A stretch of DNA of 64,000 nt from an uncultured Gemmatimonadales bacterium (GCA_963779755.1 CAVZZO010000001.1:320001-384000); one strand, 5' to 3'. Counted from the first letter of the stretch, positions 42,509-53,443 are shown. Notes: generated by a model from the sequence alone, not told the origin. Numbers and translations are program-made.

Positions 42509-43624
42509 ATGGCCATCTCGAGCAAGGGTGGGGTGGGCGCGGGCAGCCCCGCGCCACGCCCGGTTGACCGGCGCCGGAGTGATTTCCATCGTCCCCCGAT
42601 CCGCACCCTGCTGCTCGCCGGCGTTCTCCTGCTCGGGGTGCTGTATACGTTGTACTTCGCCCGGGCCGTGCTGGTGCCCGTCACCGTCGCCATCCTCCTG
42701 AACTTCGTGCTCAGCCCCGCCATCCGCACCCTGGGTCGGCTGCGCATTCCGGCGGCACTCGGCGCGGCAATCATCCTCGTGGTCTTTCTCGGATCGGCCG
42801 GCTACCTGACCTACCGTCTGGCGGCGCCCGCCAGCGAGTGGATGGCGCGCGGGCCCCAGAGTCTTCGCAGGGTCGAATCGAAACTGCGAAAGCTGAAGAA
42901 GCCGGTGGAGCAGGTCTCCCGGACGGCGGACCAGGTCCAGAAGATGACCAGCACGGATGATTCCCAGACGCCCAAGGTGCAGGTGCAGGGCCCCACGCTG
43001 AAGGACATCGTCGTGGGCAGCACCCAGGCGCTGATTACCCAGTCGATCGTCATCTTCACGCTGCTGTATTTCCTGCTGGCCGGCGGGGATCTCTTTCTCC
43101 GGAAGCTGGTCAAGATTCTCCCCCGCGTGCGCGACAAGCGGCTGGCGGAGGAAATCGCCCACGAGACGGAACGCAGCGTGTCGTCCTACATGTTCACCAT
43201 CACGGTCATCAATATCTGCCTCGGGATCGCTACCGGGATCGCCATGTTCTTTATCGGGCTGCCCAACCCGGTACTCTGGGGGGTGGTGGGCGGGCTGCTC
43301 AACTTCATCCCCTACCTGGGGGGCTTTATCGCGGTGGCGGTGCTGGGGCTCGCCGGGATGCTCACGTTCGACCACCTCTGGCAAGCCCTGCTGCCGGCCT
43401 TTGCCTACCTCGTGCTGACCAATCTCGAGAGCTTCATTACGCCGGTTGTCCTGGGCCGGCGTTTTACCATGAACCCGGTGGTGGTCTTCCTGTCGGTGAT
43501 TTTCTGGGGCTGGATGTGGGGGATCGCGGGAGCACTGCTCGCCGTACCGCTGCTGGCGTCATTCAAGATCGTGTGCGATCACGTCGAATCGCTCAGCTAT
43601 ATCGGGGAGTTCCTGGGTCAGTGA
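42509..43624 (+). CDS. AI-2E-family transporter
   Basis: LNFIPYLG, WGWMWGIAGALLAVPL. Confidence 0.93.
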   Translation: MAISSKGGVGAGSPAPRPVDRRRSDFHRPPIRTLLLAGVLLLGVLYTLYFARAVLVPVTVAILLNFVLSPAIRTLGRLRIPAALGAAIILVVFLGSAGYLTYRLAAPASEWMARGPQSLRRVESKLRKLKKPVEQVSRTADQVQKMTSTDDSQTPKVQVQGPTLKDIVVGSTQALITQSIVIFTLLYFLLAGGDLFLRKLVKILPRVRDKRLAEEIAHETERSVSSYMFTITVINICLGIATGIAMFFIGLPNPVLWGVVGGLLNFIPYLGGFIAVAVLGLAGMLTFDHLWQALLPAFAYLVLTNLESFITPVVLGRRFTMNPVVVFLSVIFWGWMWGIAGALLAVPLLASFKIVCDHVESLSYIGEFLGQ

Positions 43625-43781
43625 GTCCACAGATGGCACAGATGGCCGAGACGGCTGAGATGACGCAGATAGGCCGGATGGCGAGAGGCAACTCTCTGCT
43701 GAGCAGGTGAGAGCGGGCGCGTCCGGATCCGGCGTCATTCATTGTTCCTGTCATCTGTACCATCTGCGTCATCTGTGGACT
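43624..43781. repeat. Palindromic element of nonamer repeats (CACAGATGG-like)
   Basis: 12-bp terminal inverted repeat AGTCCACAGATG/CATCTGTGGACT; about 6 left units and 3-4 mirrored right units. Confidence 0.8.
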
Positions 43782-44136
43782 GCCACAGAGCGATGACGTT
43801 GCCGTCCGGATCTTCCACCATCGCCATGATTCCCCACGACTGCCGGGTCGGCTCGGCCTGGAAGCGGACGCCGTGTTCGTGAAGTCGTTCGCAGAGCGGA
43901 AGGATGTCGTCGGCCTGGAAGGTGATGCCGGTATGGCGACCCACCATGGCCTGCGCGTCGGGATGGACGGCGGGATGCAGGCCCAGCCGTGCTTCCGGGG
44001 TGCCCAGTTCCGCTCCGAAGCTTCCCTGCCGCAGGATTTCCAGGCCCAGGAGCTGGTGATAGAACTCCAGCGCCGCCGGCATTTCCCGGACGAAGATGGC
44101 GATGCTGTACAGACGGGTGGGGGCGATGGGACTCAT
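43735..44136 (-). CDS. VOC/glyoxalase-family protein
   Basis: AIFVR..ALEFY..LGL, ITFQADD, DPDGNVIAL. Confidence 0.9.
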   Translation of the reverse strand: MSPIAPTRLYSIAIFVREMPAALEFYHQLLGLEILRQGSFGAELGTPEARLGLHPAVHPDAQAMVGRHTGITFQADDILPLCERLHEHGVRFQAEPTRQSWGIMAMVEDPDGNVIALWQSTDDADGTDDRNNE

Positions 44137-45092
44137 GACTCCTCCAGATCCCCCGGGCCGGCGTCGCGGGCGGGGGCCTTCTGAAATACGGCGTGCCAGT
44201 TCCGGCGCATTCCGGCGAGCCCGGGCCGCTCGAGGGGGGTATCACCGTAGCGGGACTCGAACTCCTCCGGGCTCATGTGGTCGAACCAGTCGGGACGGCG
44301 CTCTCCGGGCTCTTCCGCCCGGCCGCGGTAGGCGGCGACGGGATCGGCCGCGGCAGCGAAGCGGACATTCCAGGGGCACACTTCGTTGCAGATGTCGCAC
44401 CCGAACGCCCAACCGTGCAGGTCGGTGTCCGGTTCGAACTCTCCACGGTATTCGATGGTGAGGTAGCTGATGCAGCGGGTGGCATCGAGCACGCGCGGCT
44501 CGGGAAAGGCGCCGGTGGGGCACGCATCAAGGCAGCGGGTGCAGGTGCCGCAGCGGTCGGCTTCGAAGGGCTTATCGGCCGGGAGTGAGAGGTCGGTGAG
44601 AATGGACCCGATGAAAAACCAGGATCCCGCACCGGGACGAATCAGCATGGTATTCTTGCCAATCCAACCCAGCCCGGCCCGTTGGGCCAACTCGCGCTCG
44701 GGCACCGGGCCGGCGTCGGCGTAGCAACGAACCTGGGCGGCGCCTCCCTCGCGCAGCACCTCCGCCAACTGCTCGAGCCGCTCGATCAGGGCCAGGTGAT
44801 AATCCCGTCCCCGGGCGTAGCGCGCGATGCGCGGGGGCGGGCCGGCAGCATCGTCTGCCCCGGCATAGACGTCGAGGATCACCACGGCGGTGCGGGCGCC
44901 TTCCAGGATGCGCGCGGGCTCCCGGCGCCGGGCGGCCTGGCGGTGCAGATAGCGCATCGTGCCGGCGTAACCCTGCTCCAGCCAGGAGGTGAGGACCTCC
45001 CCGTGCGGGATGGGGCTGAGGTCGGTGATGCCGCAGGCGAGGAAGCCGAGATCTCCGGCTCGTCGCCGGAGGCTGGAGACTACCTGGTTCAC
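44133..45092 (-). CDS. queG: Epoxyqueuosine reductase QueG
   Basis: ARYARGRDYH, AGLGWIGKN, CGTCTRCLDACPT, CISYLTIE, FGCDICNEVCPWN; GTG start overlaps upstream stop. Confidence 0.96.
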   Translation of the reverse strand: MNQVVSSLRRRAGDLGFLACGITDLSPIPHGEVLTSWLEQGYAGTMRYLHRQAARRREPARILEGARTAVVILDVYAGADDAAGPPPRIARYARGRDYHLALIERLEQLAEVLREGGAAQVRCYADAGPVPERELAQRAGLGWIGKNTMLIRPGAGSWFFIGSILTDLSLPADKPFEADRCGTCTRCLDACPTGAFPEPRVLDATRCISYLTIEYRGEFEPDTDLHGWAFGCDICNEVCPWNVRFAAAADPVAAYRGRAEEPGERRPDWFDHMSPEEFESRYGDTPLERPGLAGMRRNWHAVFQKAPARDAGPGDLEES

Positions 45093-46369
45093 GGTCCCGG
45101 CCGGCTCGGCGGTCCGGGCGGCAGGGGCCGGGGCAGCCCGGTGATCAGGCGGGCGCCGCGCTGGAACGTGGCATAGGACCACGCCCACTCGAAGAGCACG
45201 ATCACCCGGTTACGGAAACCGATCAAGAAGAAGATGTGGACGAAGATCCAGAGAAGCCATGCGAAGAACCCCGCCAGTTTCAGCCGGCTGAAGTTGGCCA
45301 CGGCCCGGCCCCGGCCGATCACGGCCAGCTCGCCCTTGTCGTGATAGCGGAAGACCGGCCGGGGCCGCCCGGCCAGATCGGCCCGGATTACCCGGGCGGC
45401 GTGGCGCCCCATCTGCATGGCGGCCGGCGCGAGGGCGGGGACTGTGCTGCCGTCCTTCTGTCTCAGCGCGGCGGCATCGCCCAGGACGAGGATGTTGGGC
45501 GATCCGGGGACGCAGCAATCGGGCAGCACCTCCACCCTTCCCTGGCGATCAAGGGGAACCCGCAACGAGGCCAGCAGCGGACTCGCATGGTTGCCTGCTG
45601 CCCAGACCACGGTTTCGGAGGGGATGGTCCAGCCCGCCGCCTCCACGGCGCCGGGCCGGATGGCGGTGACCATGGTCTGTTCACGGACGTCCACGCCGAG
45701 GCCGCGCAGCGTCTGTTTGGCTTTCCGGCTCAGGCTGGGCGGGTAGGCCGGCAGTATCCGCTCACCCCCCTCCAGCAGCATCACCGTGGCTTCACGCGAG
45801 TCGATGTGCCGGAAATCGCGCAGCAGGGCGTAGCGACGCAACTCGGCCAGCGCGCCGGCCACCTCGACGCCGGTGGGACCGCCGCCGACGATCACAAACG
45901 TGAGCTGGGCATGGCGGCGGACCGGATCGGTTTCCCGCTCGGCGTGCTCGAAGGCCAGGAGGACACGCCGCCTGACGTCGAGGGCGTCCTCGATGCTCTT
46001 GAGTCCGGGCGCCAGCGGTTCCCACTCGGGATGTCCGAAATAGGAATGTCGGGCGCCGGTTGCAATGACCAGATAGTCGTAGTCAATGCTACTTCCATCG
46101 GCGAGGGTGACGGCCCGCTCGACGCAGTCGACAGACGCCGCTTCCCCGAGCACGACCTCCACGTTTTCCTGGCGCCGGAGAATGGAACGGATGGGCGAAG
46201 CGATATCGCTGGGGGCGAGGGCTGCGGTCGCCACCTGATACAACATAGGCTGGAACAAGTGGTGGTTGCGGCGGTCGATCAGGGTGATGCGAACGTCCGC
46301 GTGGCGCAGTCCGCGGGCGGCGTGGATTCCGGCGAATCCACCGCCCAGGATGACGACCTTGGCGGTCAC
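45089..46369 (-). CDS. ndh: Type II NADH dehydrogenase
   Basis: GGGFAG, HLFQPMLYQVAT, GGGPTGVE, WAAG, LIGFRNR. Confidence 0.93.
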   Translation of the reverse strand: MTAKVVILGGGFAGIHAARGLRHADVRITLIDRRNHHLFQPMLYQVATAALAPSDIASPIRSILRRQENVEVVLGEAASVDCVERAVTLADGSSIDYDYLVIATGARHSYFGHPEWEPLAPGLKSIEDALDVRRRVLLAFEHAERETDPVRRHAQLTFVIVGGGPTGVEVAGALAELRRYALLRDFRHIDSREATVMLLEGGERILPAYPPSLSRKAKQTLRGLGVDVREQTMVTAIRPGAVEAAGWTIPSETVVWAAGNHASPLLASLRVPLDRQGRVEVLPDCCVPGSPNILVLGDAAALRQKDGSTVPALAPAAMQMGRHAARVIRADLAGRPRPVFRYHDKGELAVIGRGRAVANFSRLKLAGFFAWLLWIFVHIFFLIGFRNRVIVLFEWAWSYATFQRGARLITGLPRPLPPGPPSRPGP

Positions 46370-46620
46370 AGTCCCATGACCTGCCGGCGCCAGCGGGCAA
46401 AGCGGATGATCTCATCCGGCCGAGGCAGCGCATCGGCTTCGCCGTAGGCGGTGTACATGCGCCAGCGGAGATAGGTGCGGTCGGGCAGCGGCAGAAAAGG
46501 AGAAGAGGCCCACCAGCGCCGGCGGCGAAAGGCCCACGCGGTTCGCAGCAGGTCCACCGCCAGGCGAGGGCGGAGCGCCGCCCGGAGCGCGAGCCTCAGG
46601 ATGAGTGTCGGCCACTGCAT
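46366..46620 (-). CDS. Small basic hypothetical protein
   Basis: GTGA overlap with ndh; -10-like TAGCTT 6 nt before the ATG; PFLPLPD..YLRWR..TAYG. Confidence 0.75.
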   Translation of the reverse strand: MQWPTLILRLALRAALRPRLAVDLLRTAWAFRRRRWWASSPFLPLPDRTYLRWRMYTAYGEADALPRPDEIIRFARWRRQVMGL

Positions 46621-46729
46621 GCCGCAAAGCTAGCGGGAGGCCCCGATCAGGCGCGAGGCCGCCGGTCCCCGGACCTTCCCGACCGGCTATATTGCGGCCC
46701 TGAGTTCCCCCAACCGGGACCGTATTTTC

Positions 46730-47458
46730 GTGACTGAACGCAAACGGCACCGCAGCCCCGACTTCAAGCGGCCCACCGAAGACGAGGCACTCCTCGAGAG
46801 CGAGCCATTCCGCCCCGACGCGCTGGTCAAGACCGATCCCTGGCGCGTGTTCCGGATCATGGGCGAATTCGTGGAGGGGTTCGACTCGCTGGCCGACGTC
46901 ATGGACGGGGTGGCGATCTTCGGTTCCGCGCGGACGGCGGCATCCGACCCGCACTATGACGCGGCTGTGGAAACCGCGCGGCTGCTGGCCGAGGCCGACT
47001 TCCCCATCATCACCGGGGGCGGCCCCGGCATCATGGAGGCGTCCAACAAGGGGGCGCTGGAGGGGGACGGGCTCTCCATCGGGTGCAATATCGAGCTGCC
47101 CTTCGAGCAGGGCACGAACCCCTACGTCCGTCGCAGCATCAACTTCCGCTTCTTCTTCGTGCGAAAGATGATGTTCGCGAAATACTCCATCGGGTTCGTG
47201 GTGTTCCCCGGCGGCTTCGGCACGATGGATGAGCTGTTCGAGGCCCTGACGCTCATCCAGACCGGCAAGATGAAGCACTTCCCGGTGGTGCTCTTCGGCA
47301 GCCGTTACTGGAGCGGCCTGCTGGACTGGTTGCGGAACACGGTGGCGAATGAGGGAAAGGTGGATCATCGCGACCTGGACCTTTTCCAGGTGACGGACGA
47401 TCCGAAAGAAGTCGCGCGTATCATGATCGAAGCCCGCAAGGCGCCCTCGGGCGACTGA
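46730..47458 (+). CDS. LOG-family nucleotide phosphoribohydrolase (TIGR00730-like)
   Basis: [25 protein letters not shown]. Confidence 0.94.
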   Translation: MTERKRHRSPDFKRPTEDEALLESEPFRPDALVKTDPWRVFRIMGEFVEGFDSLADVMDGVAIFGSARTAASDPHYDAAVETARLLAEADFPIITGGGPGIMEASNKGALEGDGLSIGCNIELPFEQGTNPYVRRSINFRFFFVRKMMFAKYSIGFVVFPGGFGTMDELFEALTLIQTGKMKHFPVVLFGSRYWSGLLDWLRNTVANEGKVDHRDLDLFQVTDDPKEVARIMIEARKAPSGD

Positions 47459-47493
47459 CGGGCCGGCCCTCCACCCTCTTCTACTCTCCCATC

Positions 47494-48633
47494 ATGGAAT
47501 CCAGGGCCTCTTATCTGCGTGGCCGCCGGATCAACCCGGCGCCGCTCACCGGCGGGGAAACGGTCGCCGACCTGGTCGACCAGGCGTTTCTGGCCTACAA
47601 CGCGGGGCGCCTGCGGGAGGGTTGCCAGCTATTCGCCGAACGGATGCTGGCGCCCGAAGTGACGGTAGGGATGAGCCTCACCGGAGCGATGACCCCCGCG
47701 GGGCTGGGGATGAGCTGTCTCATTCCCCTGATGGAAGCCGGTTTCGTGGACTGGATCATCTCCACGGGCGCGAACCTCTATCACGACGCGCATTTCGGCC
47801 TGGGGCTCGCCATGCACCAGGGAACACCGCATGTGGACGACGTGGAACTGCGCGATGCGGGAGTCGTGCGGATCTACGACGTGTTTTTCGACTATTCCGT
47901 GCTGCTCAGCACCGACGCCTTCATGCGCGAGATCTCGGCGCTGGAGGAATTCCAGCGTCCCATGAGTACGGCGGAGTATCACTACCGGCTGGGCGGCTAT
48001 GTGCTGGAGCGGGAGAAGGCGCTGAAGCTCACGCGCCGTTCGGTGCTGGCGGCGGCGCACCAGCTGGGCGTGCCGATCTATACCAGCTCACCGGGCGACA
48101 GCTCCATCGGGATGAATGTGGCGGAGCTGGCGCTGGGCGGGCACGCGTTGCGGTTCGACGTCAGCGCCGACGTGAACGAGACCGCGGCGATCGTGCTCGA
48201 CGCCAAGCGCTCGGGCGGGCTGAGCGGGTGTCTTATCGTAGGCGGCGGCAGCCCCAAGAACTTTCTCCTCCAGACGGAACCGCAGATCCAGGAAGTGCTG
48301 GGCATCGACGAGAAGGGCCACGACTATTTCCTGCAGCTGACCGATGCGCGCCCCGACACGGGCGGCCTTTCCGGCGCCACCCCGGCCGAGGCGGTGAGCT
48401 GGGGCAAGATCGATCCCTCCAAGCTCCCCAGCACGGTGGTCTGCTATACCGACAACACCATCGCCCTGCCGATCCTCACCGCGTACGCGCTGAGCCGCCG
48501 GGCCCCGCGCCCGCTCAAGCGGCTGTATGAGCGGCGGGGTGAGTTGATGCAGCGGCTGGAGAAGGAGTACCAGGCTGCGCGCGATTTCCGGGACCAGCGC
48601 GCGCGTGAGGCCCAGGGCCCGGGCAGCCGATGA
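47494..48633 (+). CDS. Deoxyhypusine synthase-like protein
   Basis: [39 protein letters not shown] with the catalytic Lys. Confidence 0.93.
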   Translation: MESRASYLRGRRINPAPLTGGETVADLVDQAFLAYNAGRLREGCQLFAERMLAPEVTVGMSLTGAMTPAGLGMSCLIPLMEAGFVDWIISTGANLYHDAHFGLGLAMHQGTPHVDDVELRDAGVVRIYDVFFDYSVLLSTDAFMREISALEEFQRPMSTAEYHYRLGGYVLEREKALKLTRRSVLAAAHQLGVPIYTSSPGDSSIGMNVAELALGGHALRFDVSADVNETAAIVLDAKRSGGLSGCLIVGGGSPKNFLLQTEPQIQEVLGIDEKGHDYFLQLTDARPDTGGLSGATPAEAVSWGKIDPSKLPSTVVCYTDNTIALPILTAYALSRRAPRPLKRLYERRGELMQRLEKEYQAARDFRDQRAREAQGPGSR

Positions 48634-50144
48634 GCGAGGCGGGGGCGCCCGCCACGCGGCTGCCGGCGGGCTACCGCGCCTATGCGCTGGGCCTGCTGGC
48701 GTTCATCAATCTGCTGAACTACCTCGACCGCAACGTCATCTTCGCCCTGTTCGAACCGATCAAGCGCGAACTGTCGCTGAGCGATGCCCAGCTGGGCTGG
48801 CTCGGTTCCGCCTACATCCTGGTGTTTTCGCTTGCCGCCCTTCCCCTGGGCGTGCTGAGCGACCTGCGTAGCCGCCGCGCCGTGATCTCGGCGGGTGTTG
48901 CCCTCTGGAGCGGGTTCACCGTGCTGAGCGGTCTGGTTCGCGGCTTCGGGCAGCTGTTTGCCTGCCGGGCCGCGGTGGGGATCGGCGAGGCGGCATTCGG
49001 GCCGGCCGGATCGTCACTGGCGGCGGACTATTACCCCGGCCGCGGCCGGGCGGTGGCGATGGGGATTCTCTCCGCCGGCCTCGCCGTGGGCGGGGTGCTC
49101 GGTATCCTGTTGGGCGGGATCCTGGAGAGTGCCTACGGCTGGCGGGTGGCGTTCATGACGGTGGGGGTTCCCGGATTTCTCTGCGCCGTCCTGGTTTCGC
49201 GGCTTCACGATCCCACCCGGGCGCCGCGCCGGATCAGCGTCAGGCGCTACCTGCGCGACATCGAACTGGGCCTGACCACCGTGGCGCGCCAGTTTCTGCC
49301 GGCCCTGGTGGGCACCGGCGTAGGAGCGATCCTCGCCTTCATTCTGGACCGTCAGTTCGGGGCCGACTCGAAGCTCGACATGGCGGCTCTGGGGGCAGCC
49401 GTGGGCATCGGGTTCATCGTCAACATCTGGCGGTGGGTCAGGCAGATTCAGGCGAACCAGATTGACGAAACGCCATTTGGGGGCCAGGTGGGGGATGCGT
49501 TCGAGGATCTGCTCGACGCGGCGCGTCTGGTGTTGCGCACGCCGACGCTGGTCTACGCCTTCGCGGGCGGCGCGCTCATTTCGTTCGGGCTGAACGGGCT
49601 GGTCGGATGGGGGCCGACCTTCCTGTCGCGGGAAATGGGCCTCTCGGCGGGCGCGGCGGCGGCGCTGCTGGGCAAGTACGGGTTCATCTTCGGCACCGCC
49701 GGCACCCTCGCTGGCGGGTTCATCGCGGAATGGCTGGGGAAATACACGCCGTCCGGCCGGGTGATCACGGTCGTGGCCGGGTTGCTGATCGGCGGCCCGC
49801 TGGCCATGTGGCTGCTCACGCTGCGGGACCTGTCGATCTTCGTCCCGGTGGCCTGCGGTGCGTTCTTCTTTCTCTCGTGGTACAACGGCCCGCTCACCGC
49901 TCTCATCTTCGATGTAGTGCCCGCGAGCATCGGCGCCACCGTCATGGGCGCCTACCTGTTGTTCATCCACCTGGCGGGCGACGCCATCGCCTTCCCGCTG
50001 ATCGGGACGCTCTCGGATGTCTTCGGCCTGGACCGCGCGGTGCTCCTGCTACCGGCCGCGAGCCTGCTGGGCGGGCTGGTGATGCTGGGGGCGGTGCGCA
50101 CCGTGCTGCCCGACATGGCGAGGTGCGGGCAGGCGGTGACTTAG
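48630..50144 (+). CDS. Spinster-like MFS transporter
   Basis: LNYLDR, motif A-like [19 protein letters not shown]. Confidence 0.9.
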   Translation: MSEAGAPATRLPAGYRAYALGLLAFINLLNYLDRNVIFALFEPIKRELSLSDAQLGWLGSAYILVFSLAALPLGVLSDLRSRRAVISAGVALWSGFTVLSGLVRGFGQLFACRAAVGIGEAAFGPAGSSLAADYYPGRGRAVAMGILSAGLAVGGVLGILLGGILESAYGWRVAFMTVGVPGFLCAVLVSRLHDPTRAPRRISVRRYLRDIELGLTTVARQFLPALVGTGVGAILAFILDRQFGADSKLDMAALGAAVGIGFIVNIWRWVRQIQANQIDETPFGGQVGDAFEDLLDAARLVLRTPTLVYAFAGGALISFGLNGLVGWGPTFLSREMGLSAGAAAALLGKYGFIFGTAGTLAGGFIAEWLGKYTPSGRVITVVAGLLIGGPLAMWLLTLRDLSIFVPVACGAFFFLSWYNGPLTALIFDVVPASIGATVMGAYLLFIHLAGDAIAFPLIGTLSDVFGLDRAVLLLPAASLLGGLVMLGAVRTVLPDMARCGQAVT

Positions 50145-50160
50145 GGATTGGCAGCGGCCG

Positions 50161-50188
50161 GCAGGGGCGCGGCATGCCGCGCCCCTAC
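50161..50188. repeat. GTAG-type REP-like palindrome between convergent genes
   Basis: Perfect 24-bp palindrome AGGGGCGCGGCATGCCGCGCCCCT (50163-50186); reads GTAGGGGCG... on the minus strand. Confidence 0.7.
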
Positions 50189-50562
50189 CGGCCGCTCCGC
50201 TCCATCAGCTGCAGCAGCTCGCGGTACATGGCTTCGGCCTGGTCCGGGTCGCCGGAGCGGATGGCCTGGGTGGCGCAATGCCGGAGGTGGTTCTGCAGCA
50301 GCGCGCGGGACACACTGCGGAGCGCCTCCTGTACCGAGGCCACCTGGGTCACCACGTCGGTGCAGTAGCGCTCTTCCTCGACCATTCGCTGCAGCCCGCG
50401 CACCTGGCCCTCGATGCGCTTCAGCCGGTTCTGCACCGACCGTTTCAGCGCCGGATCGACTCCCACGGCATGTTCCCCGTCGCCCGGGCGGACGCCGCAG
50501 GCGCAGGCGGCGCTCGTACTGGCCAGATCTCCCCGGCGGGTTCCGTTACTGTTCGCGTTCAT
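50185..50562 (-). CDS. csoR: CsoR-family copper-sensing repressor
   Basis: RLKRIEGQVRGLQRMVEEERYC and HLRHC (Cys-His-Cys ligands); extra N-terminal CAC. Confidence 0.93.
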   Translation of the reverse strand: MNANSNGTRRGDLASTSAACACGVRPGDGEHAVGVDPALKRSVQNRLKRIEGQVRGLQRMVEEERYCTDVVTQVASVQEALRSVSRALLQNHLRHCATQAIRSGDPDQAEAMYRELLQLMERSGR

Positions 50563-50575
50563 GTGCTCTCCACTG

Positions 50576-50652
50576 GAAGGAATCGGGAATCGGGAGTCAG
50601 GGTGTGGTGCTGTCCCTGAATCCCGACTCCTGATTCCTGATTCCTGATTCCT
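50576..50652. repeat. Heptamer-repeat palindrome (GGAATCG/TTCCTGA-like) between copA and csoR
   Basis: GGAATCG x2 plus GGAGTCA, mirrored by ATCCCGA CTCCTGA TTCCTGA TTCCTGA. Confidence 0.78.
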
Positions 50653-50655
50653 CCC

Positions 50656-52980
50656 TCAGGCACTTCTCAATCTCAACGAGTTGGACACCACGCTGACGCT
50701 GCTCACCGCCATGGCGGCGGCGGCCATGGCCGGCGAGAGCAGCAGGCCGAGCGCGGGATAGAGGATGCCCGCCGCCACCGGGATGCCGACCACGTTGTAG
50801 ATGAAGGCCCAGAAGAGGTTCTGCCGGATGACCCGCAGAGTCTGCCGGGCCAGCCGGATGGCCCGTTCCACCCCGCGCAGGTCGCCCTGCATCAGGGTGA
50901 TGGCGCCGGTTTCCATGGCGACGTCGGTTCCGGTGCCCATGGCAATACCGACATCGGCCTGGGCCAGCGCCGGGGCGTCGTTGATCCCGTCGCCCACCAT
51001 GGCCACGACGAGGCCCGACTCCTGGAGCCGTTTCACTTCGCGCAACTTGTCCTGCGGCAGCACTTCTGCGATGACCCGATCGGCTCCGATCTCGCGTCCG
51101 ACCGCCTGGCCAGTGGCCCCGCTGTCGCCGGTGAGGAGAATGACCTGGAGCCCGAGCGCGTGCATCCGCTCCACCGCCTCCCGGCTGGTGGGCTTTATGG
51201 GGTCGGCCACGCCGAGAATGCCGATCAGCTTCCCCGCGCGGGCGACATAGACCGGGGTGCTGGCGCTGGCCGCCAGCCGGTCGGTATCGGCGGCGGTGGC
51301 AGGATCCACGCCGTGTTCCCGCATGAGGGCGGCGTTGCCAACCATGATTACGTCGCCGCCCACCTTACCGCCGACACCCTGCCCGGGATAGAGCGTGAAG
51401 TCGCGGGCGGGAGGGAGGCTGATCCCGTCATGCTCGGCGGCGCGGACGATCGCTTCGGCCAGGGGGTGTTCGCTCAGCCGGTCCACCGCGGCGGCGGCGG
51501 CGAGCAACTCGGGCGCGGCAATCCCGTACGGCAGCACGCTGGTCACGGCCGGCTTGCCCTGGGTGACCGTCCCGGTCTTGTCGAGCACGACGACGTCTAT
51601 CTGAGTCGTGCGCTCCAGTACCTCGCCGCCCTTGATGAGCACGCCCAGCTCCGCGCCGCGGCCGGTCGAAACCATGACGGCCGTCGGCACCGCCAGCCCC
51701 ATGGCGCAGGGGCAGGCGATGATGAGCACGGTGACGGCGGCGATCAGGGCATGCAGGTAGTTCGGCCCCGGGCCGAAGTCGTACCAGATGACGAAGGTGG
51801 CGATCGCCAGGGACATCACGACGGGCACGAACACGGCGGCGATGCGGTCGGCCAGCCGCTGGATGGGAGCCTTGGAGCCCTGGGCCTCCTGCACCAGCTG
51901 CACGATGCGTGACAGCATGGTGTCGGCCCCCACGCGGGCGGCCTGGAAGCGGAAGGCCCCGTTGCCGTTGAGCGTGCCGCCGACCACCTGTGCGCCCGGC
52001 TCCTTGCGCACCGGCATGGGCTCGCCGGTGAGCATGGATTCGTCCACGCTGCTGGTGCCTTCGGTCACCACGCCGTCCACCGGAATCCGCTCCCCCGGCC
52101 GTACCAGGATGAGATCGCCCACCCGGAGCGTTTCGACGGCGACGTCGATCTCCCGGCCATCGCGCACTACGCGGGCCGTGGTGGGCCGGAGGCCGATCAG
52201 CCGCCGGATGGCCCCAGACGTCCGCCCCTTGGCGGTGGCCTCCAGCAGGTTGCCCAGCAGAATGAGCGCGATGATCCAGACCACGGCCTCGTAGTACACC
52301 TGGGGGGTCACGCCGTGGGCCGCGAACCAGCCTGCCCCCAGCGTCATCGCCGCGCTGAAGAGAAACGCCGCGCCGGTGCCGACCGCGATGAGGGTGTTCA
52401 TGTCGGCGCTGTGGTGGCGGAACGCCGCCCAGGCCCGGACGTAGAAATGCCGGCCCGCCCAGAACACTACCGGCAGCGTGACGCCCAGCAGCACCAGCCG
52501 CAGCACTTCTGGGGGGAGTGCAAAGACGGCGGGGAAGACGCCCTCGAGCCAGCGGCCGACCGGCATCATGAGCCGCATCAGGGGATCGGCCGTGCCGCCC
52601 TCGGACTGCATGAGCGGTATGGACAGCAGCATGGTCAGCACCGCCGCCACCGCGCTCACGATGAGCTTGCGGCGGAGGAGGGTGATCTCGCGCGCGCGTT
52701 CCTCGTCCTGTTCGGCGACCCGCGCTTCCGGTGTGCTCGCTCCGGCCGGCACGGAGGATTCGTAGCCGGTATCCCGGATGGCGCCGACCAGCTGCTCGGG
52801 GGTTACGACCGCGGGGTCGTAACTGACCGTCGCCGAGCCGGTCATCAGGTTGACGTTGGCGGAAACGACGCCGGAGGACTTCTCCAGGGCACGCTGCACC
52901 CGGGCGCTGCAGGCGGCGCAGGTCATGCCGCCGACGGGCAGGGTGCAGGTCTCGGGGGTGGGCGTCAGCGTGGAGCTCAT
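50656..52980 (-). CDS. copA: Cu(I)-translocating P1B-1 ATPase CopA
   Basis: GMTCAAC metal-binding domain, [28 protein letters not shown]. Confidence 0.97.
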   Translation of the reverse strand: MSSTLTPTPETCTLPVGGMTCAACSARVQRALEKSSGVVSANVNLMTGSATVSYDPAVVTPEQLVGAIRDTGYESSVPAGASTPEARVAEQDEERAREITLLRRKLIVSAVAAVLTMLLSIPLMQSEGGTADPLMRLMMPVGRWLEGVFPAVFALPPEVLRLVLLGVTLPVVFWAGRHFYVRAWAAFRHHSADMNTLIAVGTGAAFLFSAAMTLGAGWFAAHGVTPQVYYEAVVWIIALILLGNLLEATAKGRTSGAIRRLIGLRPTTARVVRDGREIDVAVETLRVGDLILVRPGERIPVDGVVTEGTSSVDESMLTGEPMPVRKEPGAQVVGGTLNGNGAFRFQAARVGADTMLSRIVQLVQEAQGSKAPIQRLADRIAAVFVPVVMSLAIATFVIWYDFGPGPNYLHALIAAVTVLIIACPCAMGLAVPTAVMVSTGRGAELGVLIKGGEVLERTTQIDVVVLDKTGTVTQGKPAVTSVLPYGIAAPELLAAAAAVDRLSEHPLAEAIVRAAEHDGISLPPARDFTLYPGQGVGGKVGGDVIMVGNAALMREHGVDPATAADTDRLAASASTPVYVARAGKLIGILGVADPIKPTSREAVERMHALGLQVILLTGDSGATGQAVGREIGADRVIAEVLPQDKLREVKRLQESGLVVAMVGDGINDAPALAQADVGIAMGTGTDVAMETGAITLMQGDLRGVERAIRLARQTLRVIRQNLFWAFIYNVVGIPVAAGILYPALGLLLSPAMAAAAMAVSSVSVVSNSLRLRSA

Positions 52981-52987
52981 CAGGGGA

Positions 52988-53107
52988 CTAATGGTGAGGC
53001 GTGAGGGGTGAGGCGTGGTTCTGCCGATGGGTTCCCAGGAAATACCAGAGAACCCAGGTGATCAGGGCGACCCCGGCCAGCGTGACGATAATGCGGTCCA
53101 GGCTCAT
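52988..53107 (-). CDS. 39-aa single-TM small protein between copZ and copA (absent from the ORF track)
   Basis: [42 protein letters not shown] overlaps the copZ TGA; stop 7 nt before the copA start. Confidence 0.72.
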   Translation of the reverse strand: MSLDRIIVTLAGVALITWVLWYFLGTHRQNHASPLTPHH

Positions 53108-53319
53108 GACTGGCTCAGGGGGAGGGCGTTGTAGCCGACTTCATTCAGGGAGTTGCAGATGGCTTCGATGCTGGTCTGTGACTCGTCGAAGGCTACTTCC
53201 GCCTGGCCCAGCTTGACGCTCTTCGTCTGGACTCCGGGCATCGCGGCCAAGGTCTTGTTGACGGTATTGAGGCAGTGCCCGCAGCTCATGCCCTGGATAT
53301 GAAGCACCAGTTCCTTCAT
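53104..53319 (-). CDS. copZ: Copper chaperone CopZ
   Basis: IQGMSCGHC HMA motif, 71 aa. Confidence 0.93.
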   Translation of the reverse strand: MKELVLHIQGMSCGHCLNTVNKTLAAMPGVQTKSVKLGQAEVAFDESQTSIEAICNSLNEVGYNALPLSQS

Positions 53320-53379
53320 GGAGTTACCCTCGGCGTTGGGGTGACGGGGCCCGTATCAGTCCCGGGCCTCACGCCCTGA

Positions 53380-53408
53380 ATCGTAAATAGGGGTGGGGGG
53401 TATGTCAA
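53380..53408 (-). promoter_or_regulatory. cop operon promoter with a CsoR-type operator in the spacer
   Basis: Minus strand TTGACA-17 nt-TACGAT; spacer carries ATACCCCCCACCCCTAT (ATA..C-tract..TAT). Confidence 0.82.
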
Positions 53409-53415
53409 TTCCTCT

Positions 53416-53443
53416 AAAAAGGGGGCGGCCCGAGGCCGCCCCC
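53416..53443 (-). terminator. Intrinsic terminator of the metal-uptake operon
   Basis: GGGGGCGGCC-TCG-GGCCGCCCCC followed by TTTTT. Confidence 0.88.

Noticed and set aside
43624..43690. CRISPR array at the short-repeat regions
   Set aside because: Units are 7-9 nt tandem repeats without unique spacers, and no cas genes are present
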